Below are positions 46,776 to 60,904 of a DNA stretch of 64,000 nucleotides, piece by piece. Source of the DNA: Octopus sinensis (lineage: Eukaryota); the NCBI RefSeq assembly GCF_006345805.1, contig NC_043018.1, positions 23,188,001-23,252,000 on the forward strand, given 5' to 3'. The notes beneath the pieces are model-generated. The model was not told the origin of the DNA, searched no databases, and saw only the letters and a list, made by a program, of their open reading frames with translations. Every line of letters starts with the position of its first letter. The first letter of the stretch is position 1. Position numbers and translations under genes: made by a program.

Positions 46776-48416
46776 TGCAACCCCTTTCTTCCTTTTATTA
46801 TTATCACTCCTCATTGTGTGTGTATGTGTGTGGGGGGGTATCTTAGATATACTTCTCGAATTAATAGCACTGCATTACAATGATCCCTGCAGCGATGTAA
46901 GGCAAAATAAAACGTTGCCAGATTTGAACTCTCGACGATGGGGTATTACAGCAAAAGTCCTCCCACTAGTTTCCGTCATATGGCTGAGGCCGGCCATGCT
47001 GGGATTATTATTTTCAAGGGGTATAGTCGAATATAATTAACTCTCATCCCTTCTGCTCAGTGCTTGCAGACTGTGGGTACTTTATTTTTGTCGACAACCC
47101 CGGAGGACAAAAGATAAAGTTTGACGTCCGCAGGATTTGAACTCAGAACGTATATGGACCAAAAAAAAAATCCCTGACTGCCACTAGCTGTTTTTATCCG
47201 ATGCTCTAACGATTCCACTATTATCACCCACCATGTAGCTTAGCGAATTCATTAGAAAAAACACAAATACATATGTTACTGTTGTTTAACCCTGATCCCG
47301 TAGAGTTATTAAAGACATTCCTCGTCATAAGTATTTCGTCTTTTTATTCATAGTGTATTTAGGATGACAGACAAGGTTTGTGATCAGAGGTAAATTTGGC
47401 TGTTATTTCTTTCACAGTAGGGAGCCTTTTTTTTTAAGTACCAGGGTTGAATTGCAAGGTTAAAAAAAAAAAGGTCCTAGAGTAAAACACCTGTTTAGGT
47501 GTTTATCGATAAAGGAATCTTAGAAGTTCACAAATTCCTAAAATAAGCAACAAGTATTGACGGACTGTTTCGACTGAAAGACTCAAACCGTTTGTTATTT
47601 GTGTGTGTGTGTGTGTGTGTTTTAAGATTGTCGGCAGCCGATTTCAAATTTGAACGTGATTTGCCGCCTGTGAATTAAGGGGGGTTCTCCCATTCTTGGT
47701 TTAAAGCACTCCCTTATTAGGCCTCTTTTTTTTTTTTTTTTTTTTAATGTGTGTATTGATGTTGTTGAGTGTTATTCAAAATCTGTGTCCCACCGTTTCC
47801 ACCTTTGTCACTCTTCCAAGCCTGCTCGTAATAAAATTATCTAATAACACAGGAGAAACCTATAAATGTTCGCCTTTGTTCTTCGGCTGCCCTCCTTCTC
47901 CTATCTCTATCTCGCTCTCTCTTTCTTTCTTTTTCTCTCTCTCTCTCTAAGCAAAGGAGGCACAACTGGTGGCAGGAAGAGTGTGTCAGTGTGTATAGAG
48001 CTTGCAAGACAGTAACCTAGTTATTTAGGTCAGCAACTGATGTGTACTACGGGACCTTGTGGTCAACTTTTAAATCTTCCTTCCTTCCTTCAAGGAGTAG
48101 GGTAGCTGTGGGGCGGAGGAGCAGATAAAACTATATTTATTATATATATATATATATATATATATTTAATGTCCGAAACTACTAAATCACTGTTAACAAA
48201 CACCCTTGTATAAGAAATAATAAATTTGTACTCTACAAAAGTATAGTTTAACCTATCAGGTTAATGTAAAATTGAACACAAAAAGAAACGAAATACACTC
48301 ATATATGCATGTATACGCACATACATACACAAACATACAAAAAAATACAGGCATGTCTCAATTTTCTAATTAGTTCCAGGAAATGATTTAATATGAAAAA
48401 CGACGTAACACGTTAA

Positions 48417-48849
48417 AAGGCGATCTTTCGTCTCTAGTAGACCTTTCCGTCGATTTCCGTAAAAAAATTTTTTTTTTTTTTACATATGGGCTTGCGGGAA
48501 CTTTTGAAGTAATATACATACGTATACACATACACCGAGTAAAAAATTTCAGTTATCTCTTTCCTTCACACATTACTCTGTCTCTTCACACACACTAACA
48601 GAAGCACTTCACTTACACAACATACTGTCTGTCTCCCACACCCCCATCAAACACACACACACACACACACACACATGTACATCAATGCTTCGGTAACTTC
48701 AAAAGAACTTCCCTCGTCATACAATCGCTATCTCTTAGTCTCTTTCGCTCTCATTACTTCAAATGTTCCCGCAAGCCCATATGTAAAAAAAAAAAAATTT
48801 TTTTTACGGAAATCGACGGAAAGGTCTACTAGAGACGAAAGATTGCCCG
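48417..48849. mobile_element. MITE with ~95-bp TIRs and TTAA TSD (piggyBac- or Kolobok-like)
   Basis: TTAA at 48413-48416 and 48850-48853; gatctttcgtctctagtagacctttccgtcgatttccgt is mirrored at the right end. Confidence 0.9.
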
Positions 48850-49104
48850 TTAAAAAAACATTTTAAGAAAATTGTTCGCTCATATCTGTTTTAATAAACG
48901 GTCAGTGCATATTTTCACGTTTTATTGGATTTTTCCACATCAGTATTGATTTTAGGTGGAGAGATTTTTTTTTATTTTTTACAATTTTATGGTTTAAAGC
49001 ATGCTTGTTGAGACCAGTGTAAAGTTGGATAAATCAACTGAAAATTGAGATTTATTTTTATTTTTAATTTCTTAAACGAATAAAAAGACATAACCTGAGG
49101 TACA

Positions 49105-50330
49105 CCCGGTAAGAAATTTGCTTCCCAACCACATGGTTCTGGGTTCAGTCCCACCGTGAGGCCTCGTGAGTGGATTTGATAAACGAAAACTGAAAGAAGC
49201 TTTTCTGTGTGTGTCTATATCTGTTTGTCCCCCAAAACTGCTTGACAACTGGTGTTGGTTGGTTGTTTACGTCCCTGTAACTTAGCGATTCGGCAAAAGA
49301 AAACGATAGAATAAGTAGCAGGCCGTCAATAAAAAAATGTACTGGGGTCGATACATTTGACTAAGAATTCTTCAAGGCAGTGCCCCTGCATTGTCACAGG
49401 TGTGGCTGTGTGGTAAGAAGCTTGCTTTCCAACCACACGGTTCCAGGTTCAGTCCCACTGCATGGCACCTTGAGTAAGTGCCTTTTACTATAGTGCCGGG
49501 TCAACCAAACCCTTGTAAGTGGATTTGGCTGACCGAAACTGAAGAGTCCTGAAGTCGGCTTGTTCGACTAAAACCCTTCAAGGCGGTGCTCCAGCATGGC
49601 AGCAGTTTCAATGACTGACACGAATAAAATAAATATCTTTTATCTTTTTACTCGCTTCGGTCATTTGACTGCGGCCATGCTGGGGCACTGCCTGGAGGAA
49701 TTTTAGTCGAATGTTCCTTTTCCTTTTTTTAAACCTGGTCACTTTTGCTGAGCCGCTAAGTCACGGGGACGTAAACACACCAGCACTGGTTGTCTGTCAA
49801 GCGGTGTTGAGGGACAAACAGATAAACATACACGCACACACTCACACACACGACAGCCTTCTTTCAGTTTCCGTCTACCAATTCCACTTACAGGCATTTG
49901 GTCAGCCTAAGACTATAGCAGAAGACACTTGTAAATATACTATATATATATATACATACTCTTATTTGTTTCAGTCATTTGACAGTGGCCATGCTGGAGC
50001 ACCACCTTTAGTCGGGCAAGTCGACCCCAGGACTTATTCTTTGTAAGCTTAGTACTTATTCTATCGCTCATTTGCCAAACCGCTGAGTTACGGGGACGTA
50101 AACACACCAACATCGGTTGTCAAGCGATGTTGGGGGGGGGGACAAACACACACACACACATTTATATATATACATATATATGACAGGCATCTTTCAGTTT
50201 CCATCTGCCAAATCCAACCACAAGGCTTTGGTCGGCCCGAGGCTGTACTAGAAGGCACTTGCCCAAGGTGCCACGCAGTGGGTCTGAACCCGGAACTATG
50301 TGGTTGGTAAGTAAGCTACTTACCACACAG

Positions 50331-50332
<2 letters not shown>
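49105..50332. mobile_element. Cluster of four SINE family A copies (two +, two -)
   Basis: 49105-49620 on plus; 49645-49930 and 49960-50332 on minus. Confidence 0.8.
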
Positions 50333-50386
<54 letters not shown>

Positions 50387-50839
50387 ATATTTTGTATAAT
50401 TTGGGTAAAAATTTATTTACAAGCTCTATTGTCGTTTGGCTACAGTGGGGTACATATATAATGTGTCCGCGAGAGAGAGCACTTTGGTTATGTTTGTACT
50501 GTTGCTTAAATATTTGTGAACATACCAAGGCTGCTAAAAAAAAATGTGATTGTGTTTATGTCAATAATCTTGGTTTTGTTTACTCTGCACGTTATACATG
50601 TGTGTGTACTCGACTAAGTCCACCATATGTACTTTAGCTGTAACGCTGACTTGCCATATAATAGTGAGGTTATGCGTTATATATTCACATTTCTTTTGAC
50701 TGTGTAGAAAGGGCATAGGGCTGAATTATTCCTGGCGCTGAACATTGATTTAAAAGTAAAACAGCAGTAAGGGTTACTGCTTCAGTCCCAGGTCAACACT
50801 GGTTTTTAGCAGACCTATAATCAAAAGCATTCCACACAT

Positions 50840-51320
50840 GCACACACACACACAAATGGGTATGCATATACTACCACATACAACAAAAGCATGCACAGGC
50901 ACACACACACAAAGGTACACACACACATATACACAGGCACACACACACATACACAGGCACACACACACATACACAGGCACACACACACATACACAGGCAC
51001 ACACACACACACATACACAGGCACACACACACATATACACAGGCACACACACACATATACACAGGCACACACACACATATACACAGGCACACACACATAT
51101 ACACAGGCACACACACACATATACACAGGCACACACACACATATACACAGGCACACACACACATATACACAGGCACACACACACACATACACACACACAC
51201 ACATATACGCAGGCACACACACATATACGCAGGCACACACACTTATACGCAGGCGCGCACACATACACAGGCACGCACACAAATACACACGCACACACAT
51301 ACACACACACACACATTTAC
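50840..51320. repeat. CA-rich minisatellite (about 20-bp ACACACACATATACACAGGC units)
   Basis: Recurring CAGGC anchors in CA/TA runs. Confidence 0.9.
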
Positions 51321-52729
51321 ATGCACAATATTTCACCATGTATAATTTGTAATTTTCAAGCAGGTTTTCAGATGTGTAACAGTTTTTGTGTGTGTGTGTG
51401 TATGGACATCACCATTTTACTGTTTACTTTTCCTTGACTGCATTTATTTAGAGTTTAAGGCAGATTTTTGTGCTGCTGGATGTACTTCCTGTTGCCAACC
51501 CTTACTCGTTTCGAAACAAGTTAATATTGTTCTCACAGGAGACTGGAAATGAATGACACTCTTTGTTAGACAATGACAATGGTAATCATGCAATAGCGAG
51601 ATGGTGAGACAAACATACTCCTCTCTCTACACACACACACACTCAGAGGCTTCTTTCAGTTGTCATTTACCAAATTCATTCACAAGGCTTGGGATTAAAC
51701 TTAGAATATAAAATATTTCTAAATGGGGACAAATTCTTTTAAATATGAGTTTTGTAATTGGAGTAAACAACCAGGATGTCATTTTAGAAGATATTTGCTC
51801 AGTCTGTGTTACTATGTGATTTCCTGAGCAAGTGTCTTCTATATTCTTGGGCTGACCAGTGCTTTGCCAGAAAGTGTGGTGTACAGAAAATTTATGGCAG
51901 CTTTGTGTGTATGTTACACTCACTCTAAAAATAGGTTTGTCTTGTGACTTAAGTTTTATGACACTGTGATCTGCAATTGAGAACTGTTACAACTCAGTAA
52001 TATTGTAACAGTTCTCACCTGATGACTGCAGTTGCATGAAACTTGATTTGTGGGACAAAATGTCAGTTTCAGTTGCCATACAAAGAAATAACATATCAGC
52101 AATGTGTATTGATCACTCTCCTCTCATTTGTCTAACATAAACCAACACACATATGTGTATGTACACACACACACACGTGTGTGTGTGTGTGTGTGTAAAT
52201 ATTGGTATTCTGCTTTGTTTGTCACTGTCTGATGTACTTTAGATTTTTGAACTGGTAAACAAAGAATTTCTTAATTTTCTTTTCTCTTATATTCTTATAT
52301 ATTCCTCTATTTCTTCTTACTACTTTATAACCTTTGCCATAAGGCTCCACTTCCACACACACACACACACACACCAGCTTAATTTAATTTGTCCTTAGTC
52401 GAAAGACACCTGTTGTTTGCATCTGTATTTGTGTACCATTTCTCTGCCCCCTGCCCCATCCTTGTTTTCGTATACATTCGCCACTTTCTTCTTAGTAATC
52501 TAGTACTCTTAGATGTTTTGCAGTTATGATAAAATAAATATAAACAGATTCTAAAAATAATTTTAAAAAAGGTATAACAGTACAGTACTGTTTCTATTTT
52601 GTGGATTTTCACCTATTGCAGGGAGTTTTGGAATGTAATACCGGCTATAGTCGAGGGATTGTTGTATTTATTTCTGCCTTTAACTTCTATGATTGTGAAT
52701 TAGCCACCCATATTATATATATATAACAT

Positions 52730-52914
52730 ATAGATCGTTAGCTCCTACATGCATTTTTCTCTCCTTGTTTTTTTCTGTGTATCTTTCTGTCGAAGAGCAT
52801 AGGCTCGAAACGTAAAAGACCTTTTCTATTTCTATTCCTGAGCGCTATACTAATACATTTGTTTGTTTGTACTCCACCTGCCTTCGTCTTTTGTTTATTT
52901 TCGTAAACTTTCCC
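52730..52914 (+). mobile_element. Family F copy (hammerhead-like fold at 52782-52819)
   Basis: tctttctgtcgaagagcataggctcgaaacgtaaaaga; (TA)n flanks. Confidence 0.7.
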
Positions 52915-52952
<38 letters not shown>

Positions 52953-53996
52953 ATTTTGTCTGTTCCATCGTTTAACAGCCGGTTGTCTCTGTAACTTAGC
53001 AGTTCAGCAATAGGCACCAATAGAATAAGTACCAGGCTTAAAAAAAAAAAAAAATTAAGTTCCGGGGTCAATTCATTCAACTAAAAACCCTTCAAGGTGG
53101 TGCTCCAGCATGGCCGCAGTCTGATACATGTAAAAGATAAAAGACAATTTAGTAGAATAATCCTTTCTGCTATAAGCACAAGGCCTGAAATTTTGGGGGA
53201 GGGGGCCAGTTGATTAGATCGACCCTTCCCCAGTATGCAACTGGTACTTCATTTATCAACCCCCGAAAGGATGAAAGGTAAAGTCGACCTCAGTAGAATT
53301 TGAACTTAGAACGTAGCAGCAAACGAAATACCGCTAAGTATTTCGCCTGGTATGCTAACGATTCTGCCAATAATTTAGTAGAATAATGTCTACATAATGA
53401 GTCATCAATTAACATGAAATTTTGATGGCTGGTTTTAACTGAAATCCCTTTAAAACAGAAACATAGCATCATAAAACTAAGTGGGTGTGGTCACTGGCAG
53501 GTTGGTATCAAAGGAGTTTAGTTTTATTCTTTTGAAGATAACAGTATGATTTGAAGGAGATTTAGCTGCTATGTCTAGCAAGTGGAACCACCATGTAGCA
53601 GCTCTGTCTTTGGATTGTTAGCTCCTGCTCAGCCATGATGAAGTTGTACTAAGATCAAAGACTCCTTCATTAGCTCAATAAAAGATTACTCGTTAGTTTG
53701 TTTCTGATGTTGTTGATGGTATCAATGTCAATGATTGTTCTGTTAATTATAGCATAATTACCAAAGATACTATTTAAGAAAACTCAATAATAACTTTGAA
53801 ATATTGTTTTAGGATCTGATAGCATTTCCTTTCTCTGATTTAATTAAAATCTTTCATTGATAAAATATTTACTTTTATTTGTTTGTGATTTTTAAAAAAA
53901 TAATTTTGATCATTTTTATAGCATTTTTTTTTGTCATGTGTATACAGTTAATTACTCTACACACACAACACATACACTTAACAAGAAACCTATGAT

Positions 53997-54031
<35 letters not shown>

Positions 54032-54304
54032 TATTTGTGCCCTTGACATTGTTGTGATAGTTGTAAATGAGTGTCACTGTCATACAAGCAGTGTTGTTTC
54101 CAATACTCTGTGGAAACACCTAGCCATAGATGTTTAGAAACGCATGAGGTTTTGCAACAGGAAGGGTATCTGAAGACCTACCTCAATAAATCCCATCTGA
54201 CTAACACAAAAAAAATTTTTTTTAATTATCTACCAAATCTACTTACAAGGTTATAAGTGAAAGACACTTACCCAAGAGGCCATGGTTTGGGACTGACTCT
54301 AAAG

Positions 54305-54690
54305 CCGGTCTTTGTCGTCACCTGAATCTCCAGCCCCTCCCTTCGGAGCTTTTACAACGGCACTTAAGGTGGTTTGGTCATGTGACCCAGCGTCCAGAGG
54401 GTGAGCTGATTCGTGATGTCCTCCTCCCACCTTCACTTCCAGCTGGTGCAAACGCACGGGCAGACAGCTGAAGACCTGGGCAATGACGATAAAAGAGGAC
54501 CTCTCTCAACTATCGGGTCTGCAGGTGGTCGGTCTGCACAGATGGAACTGCGAATGGCTTGCTATCTCCAGTGACCTCGCACGGGACTGTTGAGTGTGGG
54601 TGGCCATGGTTCATGATGCCGTTAGGACCAGAGAAGCTGCTGGCTCAACCCGCACTGGGTGAATGCCGTTACAAGTACAAGTAAGTACAA
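54305..54690 (+). mobile_element. LINE 3' end (RTE/L2-like)
   Basis: LRWFGHVTQRPEGELIRD...GRQLKTWAMTIKEDL; tail tacaagtacaagtaag. Confidence 0.8.
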
Positions 54691-55065
54691 ATACATGTGG
54701 ATGGCAAGCAAACTCTTTAAGTACACAACTATTCCTGCATTAGGAAGGGCATCCAGCCTTAGAAACGATACCAAACCAGTCAGTAGGGCTTGGTGCAGTC
54801 TTCTGACCTGCCAGTTCCTGTTGAACCATCCAACCCATGCCAGTTGGACATTAAAGATGGTGACTGTGTGTGTGCGAGCACGCATGTGTGATCATCAAAT
54901 GTCCATTTTCCATGCTGGTATGGGTTGGATGGTTTGACAAGAACTAGTCAGTCAGAGGACTGCACTGAGCTCCACTGTCTACTTTGACATAGTTTTTATC
55001 TTCTAACCAACCACTTTACAGAGTGGACCAGGTGCTTTATATATATGTATATATATATATATGTA

Positions 55066-55285
55066 CAGGATGGCTCAAAAGTAGGTTTACAGTTATCACA
55101 TAAGCACTTTAAATTTCTTTTAAAACATTTTATTATTTTTAAATTTCTATCTTACAATTAACTAAATTAGCATAGAATAATGGTTTCATATTTTTTTATA
55201 ATTGAGATCTAAATTGTTAATATATGAATGCGAAAGAGATAGTTGAATAGCTGTAAACCTATAAACCTACTTTTAGGCCACCCTG
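55066..55285. mobile_element. Tc1/mariner-type MITE
   Basis: TIRs caggatggctcaaaagtaggttta / taaacctacttttaggccaccctg; TA on the left. Confidence 0.75.
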
Positions 55286-55286
55286 C

Positions 55287-55321
<35 letters not shown>

Positions 55322-56414
55322 AAGCAGACAGTTTATAGTTTTACTTTAGGCTGGGCTGTTTATGATCATCTTAAACATGAACACACACCAGTTGAACATC
55401 CAGGTTATCTCCAATTAAATTCTATGCCCTTCGTATTGCTACCATCATTTTCATCATTTCCAGTTGTCTCCGACATAATGTCTGTAAGTTAGAGACCAGA
55501 GGCTAGGTGAAAGGAATCAGTGAAGCAAGACCAAATAATCAGATGAGAAGACATTGTGAAAACAGTGTTACTGACCTTGGCGATTCTAAATGATTCACCA
55601 AACTGGTCTTGCAGGTGAACATAGAGGAATGGTCCTTGAGATTTGTGTATGCGTATGTGTGCTTAGCACCACACACACACAATCTGATGCGGGCTGAAGC
55701 TTGGTGTATAAATAATTGATACACACACACACACACATATTACCATACCTGTTTAATGAATTAATTAGGGTTACAAAAGAGTTTTGTATGGTCACTCAAG
55801 CTGTTAGAAATGACAACTAAATCTCCTTCAAATCATACTGTTTTAAATAGGAGCACATGTTGAATCACGTAGTCCTCTGTTGCAATGTCTGAAAATAAGA
55901 CAAGATGGACATAGCTGGGATGACTTTCATCATCATAGCTATGTCTATCCAAAGCTCACCCATAGCTTGACAATAACACCAACTATAGAATATGGGCATG
56001 GCTATATGGTTGAGAAACTTGCTTCACAACAAGTCTTGACATCACCCAATGGCTGTAAACAAGCATCACCATTATAGAAGTGGTGTTGTTTGTTTCTAGC
56101 CTTCTGATGAAAAACATGACTGGCCGTGGGGAAATATTACGTTCCAGCTTTAGAAACCATACCAAAGCAGACATGCCCTCTACATCCTTCTCTCAGTCAA
56201 GAGATCCTAGTTTTGCAGGATTGTTGGTGCTGTTGCTGTGTAAAAGCACATAGTACACTCTGTAAAGTGGTTGGCATTAGGAAGGGCATCCAACCATAGA
56301 AACCATGCCAAAACAGACAAATAGAGCATGGTGAAGCTCTCCAGATGTCAAGCCATCCAACCCTTACCTGCATGGAGAACAGATGTTTAACATTGGATGA
56401 TGATAATGATATTA

Positions 56415-57060
56415 TCATCACCATCATCGTTTAACGTCCGTTTTCCATGCTAGCATGGGTTAGATGGTTTGACTGGGGTCTGGGAAGCCAGGAGGTTGCA
56501 CCAGACTCCAGTCTGATCTGGCAGTGTTCCTACAGCTGGATGCCCTTCCTAACTCCAACCACTCCGAGAGTGTAACGGGTGCTTTTTATGTGCCACTGGC
56601 ACAGGTAACAGAGGAGGCTGGCAATGGCCACAATCAGTTGGTGCTTTTTACGTGCCACTGGCACAGAAGCTACTTAAGGCGGCACTGGCATCGGCCACGT
56701 TCGGAGGTGCCTTTTATGTGCCACCGGCACAGGTATCACGACTACAATCTCCATTTGATTTTTATTTTGATGTTGATGTACTTGACTCAATAGGTCTCCT
56801 CAAGCACAGCAAGTCACTCTACGATCCAAGGTAAGCACAGCAGGCCGTCCTGTGATCCAAGGTACTTTGGATGAGCTGGGGCTGCTATGTGAAGCTGGTG
56901 CAGGAAACAGCCATGAACTCACGGTATTTGTTGGGTCTTCACAGTCACAGCATATCTTCAGCGGTCTCGGTCTTTCGTCATTGCCTCTGTGAGGCCCAAC
57001 GTTCGAAGGCCATGCTTGACCACTTCATCCCATGTCTTCTTGGGTCTACCTCTACCCCAG
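56415..57060 (-). mobile_element. Long family B copy including the LINE ORF end
   Basis: Minus strand GRGRPKKTWDEVVKHGLRTLGLTEAMTKDRD upstream of the B repeats, showing that B is a LINE 3' end. Confidence 0.8.
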
Positions 57061-57129
57061 ATTCCTTCAACTGTTTGGGAGTAGCACTTTTTGAGCGGGC
57101 CTCACAGAGGCGAGGTGGCCAAGTTCCTT

Positions 57130-57435
57130 TCAAGCGTTGGGCCTCATGGAGGCAGTGACCAAGACCTTTGGTATTATGTCATGCTTGAGAAGAAGACCCA
57201 TCAAAATGAGCAGAATCGCAATTGTGGAAGGTACTGGTGTCATGCAAATGGCACACGTGCCAGTGGCACGTAAAAGTACCCATTACACTCTCAGAATGGT
57301 TGGGAGTAGGAAGGGCATCCAGCTGTAGAAAGCCATGCCAAATCAGACTGGAGTCTGGTGCAACCCTCCAGCTACTAGCCCTGGTCAAATCTTCCAACCC
57401 ATGCCAGTATGGACGACGGACGTTAAATGATGATG
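57130..57435 (+). mobile_element. Family B-related LINE 3' end
   Basis: gcctcatggaggcagtgacc...gacgttaaatgatgatgat. Confidence 0.7.
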
Positions 57436-58197
57436 ATGTGGATGCTGAAACCTCGAAAAATATAAGGGCAGAATGGAAGGCATTTATCTTAGTGAAAGAT
57501 ATGCTCAAAGCAAAGCTGGACTATTTGTGCTCTTATTTGCATATTATTGGTTAAGACAATTGACCAATGAACTATGGGATGCTGTATAATCTAGTATATC
57601 CACAGCATTTGTATTGTAAAATAATTGACTGCTGCTAAATAAATCATTTAAATGATGTTTACACACACACACACACACACACACAGATACTCATCGTCAT
57701 CATCATTGTTTTAATGTCCACTTTTGTATGCTTGCATTGGATATAGTTTATGAAACAGATTTTCTGTGACTGGGTGCTCTTCCTATCACCAACTCTCACC
57801 TGTTTTCAAGCAAGACAATAATACTTCCCCATGGTTAGACATGTTTTCACAGAAAATTGGAAATAAATGATGCAGCCTGAATGACTACCACACATTGTCA
57901 ACAGGAAACAAAGTAAAAATGGGACGCACACACACACACACTGCTTTCAGTTCCTGTTTACCAGATCTTTTCACAAGACTCTGGTCAGCATGGGGCTATA
58001 GTAGCATGGACCCGCACAGTTGGATTGAACCTGAAAATCCCATGGTTGGAAAGTGAACTTCTTACTCACACACACACACCCATACCTGTGTCTATTCAAT
58101 GTAAAGATAAAAAGAAAAAAAAAGACATCTTCCAAACCATAAGTGACAAAAGGTAGAGCAAAGAATTTGGTTTTCAAAAGGATTCTCTCTTTTGTCC

Positions 58198-58595
58198 ACT
58201 TTACTCTTTTACTTGTTTCAGTCATTTGACTGCGGCCATGCTGGAGCACCGCCTTTAGTCGAGCAAATCGACCTCGAGACTTATTCTTTGTAAGCCCAGT
58301 ACTTATTCTATTGGTCTCTTTTGCCGAACCGCTAAGTGACAGGGACGTAAACACACCAGTATCGGTTGTCAAGCAATGCTAGGGAGACAAACACACACAC
58401 AAACACATACACACACATACATATATATACATATATACGACAGGCTTCTTTCAGTTTCTTTCTACCAAATCCACTCACAAGGCTTTGGTCGGCCTGAATC
58501 TATAGCAGAAGACACTTGCCCAAGATGTCACGCAGTGGGACTGAACCCTGAACCATGTGGTTGGTTAGCAAGCTACTTACCACACAGCCACTCCT
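58198..58595 (-). mobile_element. SINE family A, full length
   Basis: Complete reverse-complement copy. Confidence 0.9.
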
Positions 58596-58785
58596 GAAAT
58601 TAAAACCTGAAAAAAGAAAAATTACCCCCACCCCACTCCCACACATTATTTACTCTTTGGTTCTCTTTCAACTTGTAACAATCTTTATTGGTTTCTTTAA
58701 ATAGCCATTGAATTACCCTAGTTATTGTTAGTATTGTTAATGTCCTTTATATGGAAATTTTAACTGTTTATTTCCCTCCCTCCCC

Positions 58786-58833
<48 letters not shown>

Positions 58834-59989
58834 TCATCATCGATTAACATCCGCCTTCTATGCTGGCATGGGTGGGACTATGTAGATAGATAAAATTTAC
58901 ACTAAGTACACTGTATGGAATTTCTATCTATTCCATTGTACAATATGGCTGCACAAGGTGTGTAATAAGATCACTAGCTGGCTGGCAGAGAAGGTAGACT
59001 GTCTGCATAACAAGTGCACACGAACAATGAGCAATAAGAGTGCATATGAAATAGATTCTTCTAAATGCCCAGGAGGCTTCCAAGAAAAAAAAATTTGATA
59101 ACTTTTGTTACGTAGGTGACCTAATTACCAACGAGGCAGGTGGAGAGTATTCCAAAAGGGTAGCTACTGGAATAATAGGAAAGGGTTGGTACATGTCCCA
59201 GGAAGTTTTGCTTTTGCTGGAAAATAAGGGGCTTCTCTCTGAGAGAGAGAGAAGGGCAGATTAAGATGTGATGCTGTGAACTTTGGCATGGATTTTGAAT
59301 GTGGAGGATTTGTGAAGGCTGGAAAAAACCAAGTTGAACCTGCTCCTCTGGAGACCTAATATTAATTAGTCTTTTACTTGTTTCAGTCATTTGACTGCAG
59401 CCATGCTGGAGCACCACCCCAGGACTTATTCTTTGTAAACCTAGTACTTATTCTGTCAGTTTCATTTGCTGAACTGCTAAGTTACGGAGGGATGTAAATA
59501 CACATCAGTATCAAGCAGTGATGGTGGGGACAAACACACACACACACACACACACACATATATGTATGACAGGCTTCTTTTAGTTTCTGTCTACCACATC
59601 CACTCTCAAGGCCTTGGTCAGCCTGAGGCTATAGTAGAAGACACTTACCCAAGGTGCCATGTAGTGGGACTGAACCTGGAACCAAGCTTCTTACCTCATT
59701 GCCACTCTTGCACCTATATAGTGTGCTTGATTTTTTTTTTTGCTTCAAATTTTAGCGCAAGGCCAGCAATACCAGGTAGAGGGCATTAGTTGATTACTTC
59801 AACTCCAACTTTTGATCGGTCCTCATTTTTTTGACCTTGAAAGAATGAAAAGTAAAGTTGATCTCAGTAGAATTTGAACTCAGAATGTAAAGAGCTGCAG
59901 GAAATGCTGCTAAGTATTTTATCCAACGTGCCAACAATTGAGCCAGCTCACTGCTTAGCACTTGCAAAGTGAAGGAAAAGCTGGGTGTA

Positions 59990-60170
59990 AGAATTGGATG
60001 TGGCACATGTGATGCATGTGTGGACATGTGATGCATGGAGGATGTCAGCCATATAAAACACCGAGCAATCTTAGTGGAAAGAACCGGTGGGAGACGGAGG
60101 CCGAGGAAGACTTGGGACCAAGTGGTGAAGACTGATCTCAAGAGGCCAAACCTTATAAAGGAGCTGACAT
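59990..60170 (+). mobile_element. LINE RT C-terminal remnant
   Basis: GRRRPRKTWDQVVKTDL. Confidence 0.7.
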
Positions 60171-60189
60171 CTTTCTTTCTTTTTTTTTC

Positions 60190-60452
60190 TTTTTACTTGT
60201 TTCAGTCATTTGACTGCGGCCATGCTGGAGCACCGCCTTTAATCGAGCAACTCGACCCCGGGACTTATTCTTTTGTAAGCCCAGTACTTATTCTATCGGT
60301 CTCTTTTGCTGAACCGCTAAGTGACAGGGACATAAAACAACACCAGCATCGGTTGTCAAGCAATGCTAGGGGGACAAACACAGACACACAAACATACACG
60401 CACACACCACACACACACACACCACACACACACACACACACACAACACAACC

Positions 60453-60497
<45 letters not shown>

Positions 60498-60640
60498 CAA
60501 TTGCAGCGTCCGTCTACCAAATCCACTCACAATGCTTTGGTCAGCCCGAGGCTATAGTAGAAGACACTTGCCCAAGGTGCCACGCAGTGGGACTGAACCC
60601 AGAACCATGTGGTTGGTAAACAAGCTACTTACCACACAGC
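60190..60640 (-). mobile_element. SINE family A
   Basis: Tail and head separated by CA/TA repeats and a 13-nt family J terminus. Confidence 0.85.
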
Positions 60641-60867
60641 TTGTCAATTATGGTCATTTTAAGTTTCCATCTCACACCCTCTCTGTTTCTCTCTTCATTA
60701 CTTTTTTCATCCATTAAATTACTCTCTTTGCTCTTACTCTGCTTCCCTACTATCCTTCTCTCCCTCTCTCTTCTCCCTCATCACATCCACTACCTGTGTA
60801 CAATGGAAGGGGTTGGCATCATTGGATTTGTTCATATTCAGTCTTCTATTACTACACTTTATTGCTA

Positions 60868-60904
<37 letters not shown>

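Noticed and set aside
50774-51437. ORFs of 120-200 aa
   Set aside because: CA-rich minisatellite translations.
52018-52050. CTGATGA...GAAAC
   Set aside because: No 10.1-11.1 pair, no stem III or NUH and no stem I; consistent with chance.
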